From a virus: DNA of 64,000 bases. The notes under the pieces were generated by a model, which was not told the DNA's origin, did no database searches, and worked only from the letters and a program-made list of their open reading frames with translations. Made by a program: the position numbers and the translations under genes. The DNA lies in IMG/VR virus record IMGVR_UViG_3300021963_009201, positions 32,001 to 96,000 of that record; one strand, written 5' to 3'. This document shows, piece by piece, positions 55,898 to 64,000 of the stretch. How positions within the stretch are numbered: position 1 is the stretch's first letter; each line of letters opens with the position of its first letter.

Positions 55898-56567
55898 AGT
55901 TAGCGTTATATTGACCGTCTACAAATCGCAATGGCTAAAAGAGTGTATTGACTCCGTTTTGAATCAATCTTATGAAGATTGGGAATTAATCATCCTGGAA
56001 GACAACTCTCCTGATCCAAATGTTAAAGAGATACTAAAGACATATAGCTCTCACTCCCGGGTTAAGATATTCTATTCTAACATAAGCGAAGAGGATAGGT
56101 ACAAGACCGCCCGCTACGCAACACTGATTAACTATGGCGTTAGACAGATGTCTAGTGGTAAGTATATAACCTACTTAAATGATGACGACTTCTATTATCC
56201 AGATAGACTCCAGAAGATGGTCGATAAGCTTTATGAAGAAAATGTTTATATAGTTTACGGAAATCAACAAGTAGTCGATGCAAGTGGGAATAATGCTGGC
56301 GTTAGAGGGGTTCTTGGCGTTATTGATAATGCTTGGGATAAAGTAGACCACAATTCAGTCATGCATTACAGGTCAATCTTTGACGAAGTCGACGGGTGGG
56401 AAGATTCCGCTACTGTTTGGGGTGGGGCTGATTCTTATTTCTGGAGAAAGATGACAGAAGCTGGCTATTTATTCCACCCCATAGAAGGCGATCCGCTTGA
56501 TGCCAAGAGGTATCATGAAGATGCTGTTCAGTGGAAAATCAGTTATAATGTATTTTTCCCAGAATAA
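55890..56567 (+). CDS. GT2 glycosyltransferase (SpsA-like) (225 aa)
   Basis: VSVILTVY, CIDSVLNQSYEDWELIILEDNS, YITYLNDDDFYYPDRL. Confidence 0.92.
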   Translation: MPEVSVILTVYKSQWLKECIDSVLNQSYEDWELIILEDNSPDPNVKEILKTYSSHSRVKIFYSNISEEDRYKTARYATLINYGVRQMSSGKYITYLNDDDFYYPDRLQKMVDKLYEENVYIVYGNQQVVDASGNNAGVRGVLGVIDNAWDKVDHNSVMHYRSIFDEVDGWEDSATVWGGADSYFWRKMTEAGYLFHPIEGDPLDAKRYHEDAVQWKISYNVFFPE

Positions 56568-56578
56568 AAGGAGCCTCA

Positions 56579-57211
56579 GTGAAGGAAGACGAGTACTGGA
56601 AAAAGGAAGCAGTTTTAAAAGATTTATTATTTGACTCCAACCTTCCTTTGACGGACATAGCTCACCAGCTTTATATGACAAGGCCTGAGCTGAACACATT
56701 ACTGAAAAAAACTGGCTTATCATGGGTAAAGAGAAATAACAGAAAACTTTCCCGGGGCCACTCCGCACTGACCCAAATTATGCAGAGGATCCTGCCAAAC
56801 GAAGAGATAGTCAATGAATTCCATATCGGCGAAAGACTTCGCTTAGATATATACTGTCCCTCCTATAATCTTGCAGCCGAGTATCATGGTAGGCAGCATT
56901 TTTTTTACTCTAGCCATTTTCATCAGGATATGGATGCCTTTCATGAGTCGGTAGAGCGTGACCGGAGAAAAGAAGAATTATGCCGTGAATCTGGAATAGC
57001 TCTTGTTGTTTTCCGTTTTTCTGATAAGATGGACGAAGAAGCAGTATTCCGAAGGATGTTGGAGGCAATAAAGTCTACTCCAAAAGTTGAAACCATCAAA
57101 AGTAAAAGAACCTATAAGGGCAATCATTACTATGAGAAGGTTAAAAAGCAAAATAAAGACTACCGAAAAGCAAAGTACAGAGAGTTAAAGAGAAAAAATG
57201 GATCTAAGTGA
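56579..57211 (+). CDS. HTH + Vsr/DUF559-like endonuclease (210 aa)
   Basis: HTH LPLTDIAHQLYMTRPELNTLL; LRLDIYCP...AAEYHGRQHF...DRRKEELC...GIALV. Confidence 0.7.
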   Translation: MKEDEYWKKEAVLKDLLFDSNLPLTDIAHQLYMTRPELNTLLKKTGLSWVKRNNRKLSRGHSALTQIMQRILPNEEIVNEFHIGERLRLDIYCPSYNLAAEYHGRQHFFYSSHFHQDMDAFHESVERDRRKEELCRESGIALVVFRFSDKMDEEAVFRRMLEAIKSTPKVETIKSKRTYKGNHYYEKVKKQNKDYRKAKYRELKRKNGSK

Positions 57212-58655
57212 AGAGCTTGCGTACCCTTTAGAGTATCAAGTTTTTGCCCTTGCTATGAAAGAGCCAGGGGCTATAAGTTACTTTGTTGAGCATCTGCAGG
57301 ATGAGGCGGTCGGACTGTTAAGTGGCGATACAGGGCTGTATGAGCTCTATATTGCATTCAAGGATTTTCATACGAAAACCAACCTTGACCCAGTAGACCC
57401 TATAGCTTTTAGGGCATGGCTAGAATCGGAGTCCGATATATGGGATGCACTTGGCGGCATTGCTGGAGTAAATTTACTTATAGAATCTATATTGACTATA
57501 GAGCTATCTAATGTAGAATCTATAACTAAGATACTCAAACATCGGGCCAATAAACGTAGGCAAAAAAATCTTTTTCAAGATCTTCAGTTCCTTTTGAATA
57601 AAAAAGGCAATAAAACAGAAGAAGAAATAGATAAGATAAATACATTAACAGAACAAATTAGGTCTCTAGAAGGAGACCTAGATTACGACCCACTAGACCG
57701 GGTGACTACGGCGCCCGATATAGCATCGCGTGCGTCGATGTTGATGGAAGTTCCAGACTTTTTGCCCACCCCATTTAAAATGTACAATAAAGCCCTAGGG
57801 TATACAGAGGATGGTGGATATTTCCGAGGTGCTGTACATGCGATAGTCGCAATGTCTGGTTTTGGTAAGTCCACGTTTGCTAAAACATTAGTCAACTATT
57901 GGGTCGATCAAGGCTATAGTGCTTTATACATAAACTTTGAAGAAGCACAAACCCACTGGGAGCGAGTACTGATGAGTCAAATACTAGACGAAAACGTATA
58001 CGCTAACGCCGATCATTGGGATGAAGAAGAAAGAAAAGAACGTATTGCTAGGTTTACTGAAAAAATGAACGAATGGGGCGATAGGTTTATGGTACGCCAT
58101 GATCCTGATAGCTCATATTTTGACGACCTAGAATTGTGGCTCAAAGACATCATGGGCCATAATGAGCGAATGCCTGACGTAGTTGTCATCGACACTTTGC
58201 AGTCAATGTATACGAAGGGCGGTGGCGGAGCTAGGTGGCAGGAGTTTGAAAGGATGATGGTAAGGCTAGAGCGCCTGGCTAAAGCTATGAATGCGGTTTT
58301 TATAGTTACAAGTCAGCAAAACAGTAATGCCATTAAAGAAAAGCGTGATGTAATTGAGCAATCTGATATTGGCGGATCTTTAGCTATCATCCAGAAATCA
58401 TCTGTAGTTACTTTTATTACCCAGAAAAAATTGATAAGCAACGACGATTCAGAGGACGATTATCTGATGCAATTACAAATACCTAAGAATAGGATAACCG
58501 GTTCAACATTTAATTATGATCCGCCGTTAGTTAGGTACGATGACAACAGTAAATCTTATAAGGATTTCGAAATGAACTTTAACGATATGCCAAATTATGA
58601 TGCCTCCGGGGTTTTGGCTACGGAGATTTTTGGCCTTGGTGACATACATGCCTGA
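57198..58655 (+). CDS. dnaB: DnaB-like (SF4) replicative helicase (485 aa)
   Basis: Walker A SGFGKST, INFEE, Walker B VVVIDTLQ, TSQQN, KNR arginine finger. Confidence 0.88.
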   Translation: MDLSEELAYPLEYQVFALAMKEPGAISYFVEHLQDEAVGLLSGDTGLYELYIAFKDFHTKTNLDPVDPIAFRAWLESESDIWDALGGIAGVNLLIESILTIELSNVESITKILKHRANKRRQKNLFQDLQFLLNKKGNKTEEEIDKINTLTEQIRSLEGDLDYDPLDRVTTAPDIASRASMLMEVPDFLPTPFKMYNKALGYTEDGGYFRGAVHAIVAMSGFGKSTFAKTLVNYWVDQGYSALYINFEEAQTHWERVLMSQILDENVYANADHWDEEERKERIARFTEKMNEWGDRFMVRHDPDSSYFDDLELWLKDIMGHNERMPDVVVIDTLQSMYTKGGGGARWQEFERMMVRLERLAKAMNAVFIVTSQQNSNAIKEKRDVIEQSDIGGSLAIIQKSSVVTFITQKKLISNDDSEDDYLMQLQIPKNRITGSTFNYDPPLVRYDDNSKSYKDFEMNFNDMPNYDASGVLATEIFGLGDIHA

Positions 58656-59454
58656 ATTTGAGTTATTTGAATTAGACGCAAATTCTATTAAAGATTTTCA
58701 AACATGTGCCTTACTGTACAGGTATAGACATGTAGATAAAATGTACGAGTCTATTGGGTCACGTGATTTAATGTCAATCAAATATGAAAACACGCTTAAA
58801 AAACTTATTGCATTTTTCTTCTATAAGAAACAAGGAGGTATTGTTCCTTCTGTTTCTGCACTATTAAATAGGTGGGAGAAACTATGGTTCCCAAAGGATA
58901 TGTCGGCATACGATATAGCTGTCGAAAAGCATGAGTCACTTTGGGGTAATGTTTCTAGTATGAACACAAAAGCTGTAAGCTGTATAATGAAGTTTTATGA
59001 AGATTTCTCTTTAGATAATAGGGACCCAATCGTTATTAACGAGGGCTTCACTACGGCACTGGATAGAGAGATTAGATTAAATGGAGTTTTCGATGTAGTT
59101 CTTAGGGATCCTAAGACTCGCGACATATCGGTAATCAAATGGCTGTCTAGTCCAAAACGCGCCAATCTAAGCGGTCTTTCTATTGACTTCTCTATCCTCA
59201 GGTATGCTTTTGAAACAAAGAATAAAAACTTAAAAGGCCTTGTTAATTATTATGCGTACGACATTGGCTCGGATAAGAATGAATTTATCCAGATTGACGT
59301 AAAAGATGAAGATATTAACAACCTAAAATACTGGGCAAGGCAGGTAGATAAAACGGAAATATTTGCACCAAGACGCGGTTTGACGAGCTATTGCAAAAAA
59401 TGCCCGTTTGATGATCCCTGTAAAAAGTTCAGTATTACAAGCGAAATGATGTAA
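58648..59454 (+). CDS. Cas4/AddB-like PD-(D/E)XK-fold protein with 4 Cys; catalytic motif degenerate (268 aa)
   Basis: SIKDFQTC...GVFDVVL...VIKWLS...CKKCPFDDPC; ATG 58648 preferred. Confidence 0.7.
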   Translation: MPEFELFELDANSIKDFQTCALLYRYRHVDKMYESIGSRDLMSIKYENTLKKLIAFFFYKKQGGIVPSVSALLNRWEKLWFPKDMSAYDIAVEKHESLWGNVSSMNTKAVSCIMKFYEDFSLDNRDPIVINEGFTTALDREIRLNGVFDVVLRDPKTRDISVIKWLSSPKRANLSGLSIDFSILRYAFETKNKNLKGLVNYYAYDIGSDKNEFIQIDVKDEDINNLKYWARQVDKTEIFAPRRGLTSYCKKCPFDDPCKKFSITSEMM

Positions 59455-59455
59455 G

Positions 59456-59596
59456 ATGGCAAATATAGGTTGTATTTTTGACGAAGAAACATCTGGTAAG
59501 CTCATGAGCTTATTAAGCTATTCAAAAAAAGATGTAAATGAGTTTTTGTCAGAGGCTATTAAATTAATGTACAAGGTAATTCACGGTAATGAGTGA
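59456..59596 (+). CDS. Small ribbon-helix-helix-like DNA-binding protein (46 aa; not in ORF track)
   Basis: MANIGCIFDEETSGKLMSLLSYSKKDVNEFLSEAIKLMY: strand-helix-helix pattern; fills the gap exactly and overlaps the next start. Confidence 0.55.
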   Translation: MANIGCIFDEETSGKLMSLLSYSKKDVNEFLSEAIKLMYKVIHGNE

Positions 59597-60260
59597 AAAA
59601 AAAGATATCTTAAATAAAATTATCGAATCTTCTAATACATCATTGACAGATAAAGAAATTGAAGATTCTATATTAGAGCCACTTCTTGCGGAGATAGAGC
59701 TAATAAGAGATCATTCAATAAGTTCTTTTGTTAGGTCGATGCTGTTAAGGGCTGACGAGTTTTGGAAGATACCTGGAAGTTTTGCCAGCGTATACCATCC
59801 GCCGGATGAAGATAATGATTTTGGGAATATTCTACATACAAAAAGGGTAGTAAGGGCGGCACTCATAATGTGCGCTAATCTTGTTTATTCTAACACTGAG
59901 ACGGATATAGTCATAGCAGCGTGCCTCTTACATGACTTAACAAAGGGTGTTACAGCTGAAAACAGCAAATTTGATTACGATGAGTTCCACGCTTATACTA
60001 TAGATAATTTTTATAATAGCGTCAAAAGGCAAGATCTTTTGAATTCCGAAACTCAATCAACAGTTCTCCATCTAGATGATCAAACTGTTGGTAAAATCTT
60101 GAGATTGGTCCACTGCCACGAAGGTGTAGATTCGAAGATACCGGAGACAAGGCCATTGGTGGAAGAAGAAATGATCGTGGCAAATGCAAATTCTATCGCT
60201 TCTCGACTCCACTGGATTGTTGATGGAGATTCTATTATTATGGATAGATGGCTGCTATAA
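59589..60260 (+). CDS. HD-domain phosphohydrolase (223 aa)
   Basis: YHP...LHTKRV...LLHDLTK...HCHEG; distal Asp appears replaced (ANANSIASR). Confidence 0.8.
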   Translation: MSEKKDILNKIIESSNTSLTDKEIEDSILEPLLAEIELIRDHSISSFVRSMLLRADEFWKIPGSFASVYHPPDEDNDFGNILHTKRVVRAALIMCANLVYSNTETDIVIAACLLHDLTKGVTAENSKFDYDEFHAYTIDNFYNSVKRQDLLNSETQSTVLHLDDQTVGKILRLVHCHEGVDSKIPETRPLVEEEMIVANANSIASRLHWIVDGDSIIMDRWLL

Positions 60261-60439
60261 AGAGTAAAGAATGGTATTCCGGCATAACGTGCAAATGTTC
60301 CGGAAGAATTAATGCGTATAGCTTAACATATAATGAGAGTAGATCTTTTTATTATTTTAAGTGCAAAAAATGTGGAATTAATGGAAAATGGGTAGATCTA
60401 GCTAGAGGGTATTTTGAGTATAGAAAACATTCGTCTTGA
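60248..60439 (+). CDS. Small Cys-containing (zinc-ribbon-like) protein (63 aa)
   Basis: CKC...CKKC; fits the tiling. Confidence 0.45.
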   Translation: MAAIKSKEWYSGITCKCSGRINAYSLTYNESRSFYYFKCKKCGINGKWVDLARGYFEYRKHSS

Positions 60440-60590
60440 AAAAAGAAATTGGCTTATCAATAATTTCCAATTGATTTTTAACCAAGGAACATACTACCGT
60501 TCCCATAAGGATATGTTTCAATTGAAGAAATGTCACTTGTGGAATATAAGTGAAGAAGAAGGCACGGTAATCATTCATGAGGCTTCCTGA
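60414..60590 (+). CDS. Hypothetical protein (58 aa, TTG start; not in ORF track)
   Basis: LSIENIRLEKRNWLINN...HEAS*; GAGGG SD upstream; stop overlaps the primase start. Confidence 0.5.
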   Translation: MSIENIRLEKRNWLINNFQLIFNQGTYYRSHKDMFQLKKCHLWNISEEEGTVIIHEAS

Positions 60591-61779
60591 TTCTGGCGAT
60601 AAGTATACCAACCAGTGGAAGTACGTTGAGGTGGCACGCTACGTAGAGGGTCTAGGTAGGGTGATACGCGATAAGGTTGGCAATGATCCAGTCTTTTACG
60701 ATACCGCAAAAATTTGCGATTACGCAGATAAAAACAGTAATCGTGGAATTTACACTTCCGTCTTTCAGTACAATGAGCCATCGTTATCCGAGTCGGTAAG
60801 GCTTGGGTCTCTATACTTCGACTTAGATTCTGACAATTTGGATCATTCGCACGAAGAAGTTAAAAAGTTGTACTCTTTCTTTAGCGATTTTATGCCAGAA
60901 AACTCTATACGAGTATACTTTACGGGGTTTAAAGGCTTCCATGTCGAATTGGAAGCTTTGACTTTAGGGGTAACCCCTAGCAATTCATTGCACGAGATAT
61001 TTAGGTATATCGCTAACGACATAAAAGGACAACTCAGCCTGGAAACAGTAGACTTTGCCGTGTACGACCCTAGGCGTATGTGGCGACTTCCTGGATCTAT
61101 GCATCAAAAAACCGGCTTATTTAAAAATGATTTATCTTTTGATAAAGATTTAATATTTAGTGATATTAAAACAATCCAGTCTTTTTGTCGCACACGTCGC
61201 ATTTTTGAGTTTGAAGAGCAAAAATTTGACCTAAAATCCAACGAATGGTATAGGTCGTATATTTATAAAAGGGAAGAAGAAAAGCAGGAAAGCAAATATA
61301 CTCAGCAGTATTTGCTCGATCGGTTCAGGAAGCAGGGGACGTCAGTCCTTAAGACAGTTGAAGAAGATAAGATTTTTGATCCGCAAAGATTGTTTAAAAA
61401 CTGTCCTTCCATCATGCGTATTTGGGAAAAAGCAGAAAAAGAAAAGCATCTAGAGCACGAAGAAAGACTATTTTTATGTTCAATTTTAACGTATTCAGAT
61501 GATGCACTTTTTTACCTGCATGAAATACTAAAGAATTGTGGTGATTATAATTTCGAAAAATCCCAAGCACATATTGACGACTGGATTAAGAGGAGGGAAC
61601 TTGGGATCGGTGGCAGGCCATATACATGCGACCGCGCTAATTCTGTTGGGGTTGGTTGCGGGAACTGTGATTTAGATAAAAGAAAAAAATGGATTAAAGT
61701 CGGAGATTCGTATGTTGAAACAGACGAAGAGTCTTCGCCTTCACCAATACGCTTTGCGTATACAAGACTAAAGGATTAA
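60577..61779 (+). CDS. Archaeo-eukaryotic-type primase, PriS catalytic domain fused to a PriL-like Cys-rich C-terminal domain (400 aa)
   Basis: LYFDLD, FTGFKGFH, VYD..RMWRLPGSMH.KTG; C-terminal CPSI...HEERL...YTC...CGNC. Confidence 0.85.
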   Translation: MRLPDSGDKYTNQWKYVEVARYVEGLGRVIRDKVGNDPVFYDTAKICDYADKNSNRGIYTSVFQYNEPSLSESVRLGSLYFDLDSDNLDHSHEEVKKLYSFFSDFMPENSIRVYFTGFKGFHVELEALTLGVTPSNSLHEIFRYIANDIKGQLSLETVDFAVYDPRRMWRLPGSMHQKTGLFKNDLSFDKDLIFSDIKTIQSFCRTRRIFEFEEQKFDLKSNEWYRSYIYKREEEKQESKYTQQYLLDRFRKQGTSVLKTVEEDKIFDPQRLFKNCPSIMRIWEKAEKEKHLEHEERLFLCSILTYSDDALFYLHEILKNCGDYNFEKSQAHIDDWIKRRELGIGGRPYTCDRANSVGVGCGNCDLDKRKKWIKVGDSYVETDEESSPSPIRFAYTRLKD

Positions 61780-61781
61780 GA

Positions 61782-61994
61782 ATGGCAAACGATGAAGATT
61801 ATATACACGGTTTTTGCACAGACTGTAGAAATAAAATGTCTGATAGCTGGATGATGAATAACCCTTTTGCTCAGGGCGGTAAAGCGCCATCATGCCCAAT
61901 ATGCGGTGGGGTTGTTGCGGTCATGGATTCTCGGAAAGCTAAAAAGCAGATTAATAAAGCACAAAGAGATCGCGGCATACCGGTGGTAGACTGA
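61782..61994 (+). CDS. Small zinc-ribbon protein (70 aa)
   Basis: CTDC...CPIC. Confidence 0.7.
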   Translation: MANDEDYIHGFCTDCRNKMSDSWMMNNPFAQGGKAPSCPICGGVVAVMDSRKAKKQINKAQRDRGIPVVD

Positions 61995-62206
61995 TGCCTA
62001 AGTATGACTTTAGGTGTCCAAAATGTTCAAGGGTTGAAGAATTTGACTATACAGATCCTGGCGCTAAATGTGAATGTTCTGGCGAAGCAGTCGATATGAA
62101 AAGGGTATACGCATTTGGTGGCACCCTATTGAAGGGTTCCGGTTGGTATTCTGTGGACAAAAGAAGGACTGATGGTGGAACAATCGGAATTGAAGATCCA
62201 ACTTAA
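61994..62206 (+). CDS. FmdB-family zinc-ribbon protein (70 aa)
   Basis: MPKYDFRCPKC...CEC...MKRVY...KGSGWYSVD. Confidence 0.85.
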   Translation: MPKYDFRCPKCSRVEEFDYTDPGAKCECSGEAVDMKRVYAFGGTLLKGSGWYSVDKRRTDGGTIGIEDPT

Positions 62207-62218
62207 GAAAGAATTATA

Positions 62219-64000
62219 GTGAAAAACTGGTGCAATCTGCACGTACATACAACTTTCTCGATGCTAGATGGGCATGGGAAGGTAGATAACTATGCGGAGA
62301 GAGCCGCCGAGCTTGGTATGACTGCGCTCGCCCAAACTGACCATGGCAACATACATGGTTGGCTTGATTTCTATGACGCATGCAAAAAGGTTCACATTAA
62401 ACCAATACTTGGCCTAGAAGCTTACCAGGCAAGGAAGTCAAGGTTTGATCGCGACGAAGAAGAAAGGTCTGGTCCCGCACAGAACGAATGGGATCAACGA
62501 GGACCTTACCATTTGACTGTGCTAGCTAGTAATGCGTCTGGTTATAAAAACCTTATTAAGCTATCGTCCAGGGCCTATACGGAAGGGTTTTACGTTAAGC
62601 CTAGAATAGATCACCAATTAATATCTGAACATAGTGATGGACTCATAGTTCTCTCTGGCTGCCTGAATGGTGAAGTCCAACAGGCCCTTTTGCGTGGAGA
62701 TTACGATACTGCCATTAAGCACGCATCAACCATGCAAGATATTGTGGGTAAAGATAACTACTTTATAGAAATACAGGATCATGGTCTAGCTGAGCAGAAG
62801 AAGGTTAAGGAACAGACGTTAGAAATAGCGAAAAAGATTGGCGCTAAAGTTGTCGTCACTGGAGACTGCCATTACGTGAATAAGTCAGACGCACACTTTC
62901 ATGACGTCATGTTGTGTTCTGGCACTAAATCTTTTATAGATCAAGAAAATCGTTTTCGTTTTAGTGGCGATGAATTTTACTTAAAATCTTACCAAGAAAT
63001 GGAAGCTACCTTCAATTCAGAATGGCTAGATAATACGCTCTTGGTAGCCGAGATGGTAAACATCGACCTTAAGTTTGACGAATTCCATTTCCCCGAGTTC
63101 CCCGACGTGCCGGCAGGTGTCTCTGTCGAAGCATACTTAGAGGAATTGGTCTGGGAAGGGATAAAGAAAAGATACGGCGATCCAATACCTAGTGACGTTG
63201 TAGCGCGAACAACTCACGAACTTGGTGTTGTTGGTCGAATGGGTTTCCCCCATTACTTTCTGGTCGTTTCGGATATTGTTAGATGGGCAAAGAATAACGA
63301 CATTAGGGTCGGTTGGGGTAGGGGATCTGCCGCGGGATCGATTTTGTCGTATGCTTTGGAGATTACAAATTTAGATCCACTTAAATTTGGGCTTCTATTT
63401 GAAAGGTTCTTAGTAGAAGGCAGAAAGTCAATGCCTGATATTGATCTAGATTTTGACGACAGGCACAGAGATAAAGTAATTGAGTATGTAAGGTCAAGAT
63501 ATGGTAGAGACCATGTTGCACACATATGTACGTTCGGTACGGTTGGCGCACGAAGCGCTATACGCGACACTGCCAGGGTCTTGGGTTATGAGTATAAGGT
63601 CGGCGATGATATCGCTAAGCTAGTCCCGCCTGATGTACTTGGCGTATCTAAAACGCTAGACGAGGCGCTTGATTCTCCTGAGATGCGCAAAAAATATGAC
63701 TCAGATCCAGACGCTAAAGTCATTATAGATACAGCAAAAGGCATAGAGGGTATACATAGGCAAACGGGCATACATGCAGCAGGTGTGGTTATCTCTAAAA
63801 AGCCCTTAATTGAATATGTGCCAGTAATGCAGAAGGGCGAACAAGCGCCTGTTGTTACTCAATGGGACATGAATCGGGTGGAGCAAAATGGGCTTTTGAA
63901 AATTGATTTCCTAGGTTTACGGAATTTAGGTGTAGTTGATATGGCAGAAAAGCTTATTAATGAGCGCCACGGGATAGATGTCGACTGCTATAATCTCCCA
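62219..64000 (+). CDS. dnaE: DNA polymerase III alpha subunit (family C), 3'-truncated by the window edge; not in ORF track
   Basis: Manual translation from GTG 62219 is open to the end: HVHTTFSMLDG, TDHGN, GLE, GCL, DCHY (PHP ligands), GRGSAAGS, MPDIDLDFD, HAAGVVI, KIDFLGLRNL. Confidence 0.97.
   Translation, partial: MKNWCNLHVHTTFSMLDGHGKVDNYAERAAELGMTALAQTDHGNIHGWLDFYDACKKVHIKPILGLEAYQARKSRFDRDEEERSGPAQNEWDQRGPYHLTVLASNASGYKNLIKLSSRAYTEGFYVKPRIDHQLISEHSDGLIVLSGCLNGEVQQALLRGDYDTAIKHASTMQDIVGKDNYFIEIQDHGLAEQKKVKEQTLEIAKKIGAKVVVTGDCHYVNKSDAHFHDVMLCSGTKSFIDQENRFRFSGDEFYLKSYQEMEATFNSEWLDNTLLVAEMVNIDLKFDEFHFPEFPDVPAGVSVEAYLEELVWEGIKKRYGDPIPSDVVARTTHELGVVGRMGFPHYFLVVSDIVRWAKNNDIRVGWGRGSAAGSILSYALEITNLDPLKFGLLFERFLVEGRKSMPDIDLDFDDRHRDKVIEYVRSRYGRDHVAHICTFGTVGARSAIRDTARVLGYEYKVGDDIAKLVPPDVLGVSKTLDEALDSPEMRKKYDSDPDAKVIIDTAKGIEGIHRQTGIHAAGVVISKKPLIEYVPVMQKGEQAPVVTQWDMNRVEQNGLLKIDFLGLRNLGVVDMAEKLINERHGIDVDCYNLP

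Noticed and set aside
58648-59454. Cas4-like gene as evidence of a CRISPR-Cas system
   Set aside because: No cas1/cas2 or array nearby; solo Cas4/AddB-like genes are common in phage replication modules.
60402-60611. Minus-strand 69-aa ORF in an apparent gap
   Set aside because: The gap is better explained by a + strand TTG-start ORF (60414-60590) with an SD and stop/start coupling.
131-63771. Numerous 60-141 aa minus-strand and out-of-frame plus-strand ORFs in the track
   Set aside because: They lie inside long, motif-bearing + strand genes, have no SD or recognisable motifs, and are expected shadow ORFs.
49940-64000. Inteins or group I introns in nrdJ, thyX, helicase, primase or dnaE
   Set aside because: The frames are uninterrupted, lengths are normal, and no splice-junction (C...HN) or homing-endonuclease insertions were seen in the visible parts.
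1-64000. Stop-codon reassignment, tRNA genes, CRISPR array, IS elements
   Set aside because: Genes tile densely in the standard code with TAA, TAG and TGA all used as stops. The few intergenic gaps show no cloverleaf, repeat-spacer array or transposase by eye.

Overview
This window is a 64 kb slice of a large tailed dsDNA phage genome, probably a contractile-tailed (myo-type) jumbo phage. All credible genes are on the + strand and read in the standard code. An actinobacterial host is inferred from the RipA-like NlpC/P60 protein, the actinophage-type holin, the FmdB-like zinc ribbon, the PHP-intact DnaE and leaderless-type promoters. Bases 1-49,081 are a virion tail/baseplate module. It contains a tape-measure-like protein, a 3096-aa hub fusion with RlpA-like and SNase domains, three modular peptidoglycan hydrolases, spike and W/J/I-like baseplate genes, a family of paralogous beta-sandwich proteins and two holin-like genes. 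After a strong terminator (49,146-49,184) comes a nucleotide-metabolism/replication module: nrdJ, thyX, dCMP deaminase, three GT2 glycosyltransferases around a MazG-like gene, a Vsr-like nuclease, DnaB-like helicase, Cas4-like and HD proteins, an AEP primase and dnaE (truncated by the window edge). The top candidate for a new system is the 1441-aa ORF at 6758-11083. It sits in the tail module but shows the colinear motifs of a YonO/cellular-RdRP-type two-barrel RNA polymerase, with a non-canonical DFDD active site and a displaced RxP motif. A candidate phage promoter (TTACTATA) recurs in intergenic gaps. Other highlights are 17 dispersed Ala-Thr-Pro motifs in one baseplate protein (possible glycosylation sites for the phage GTs), three cell-wall hydrolases sharing one N-terminal domain, and a switch-like structured 5' leader. 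All family calls come from motif recognition by eye; no database searches or structure predictions were run.
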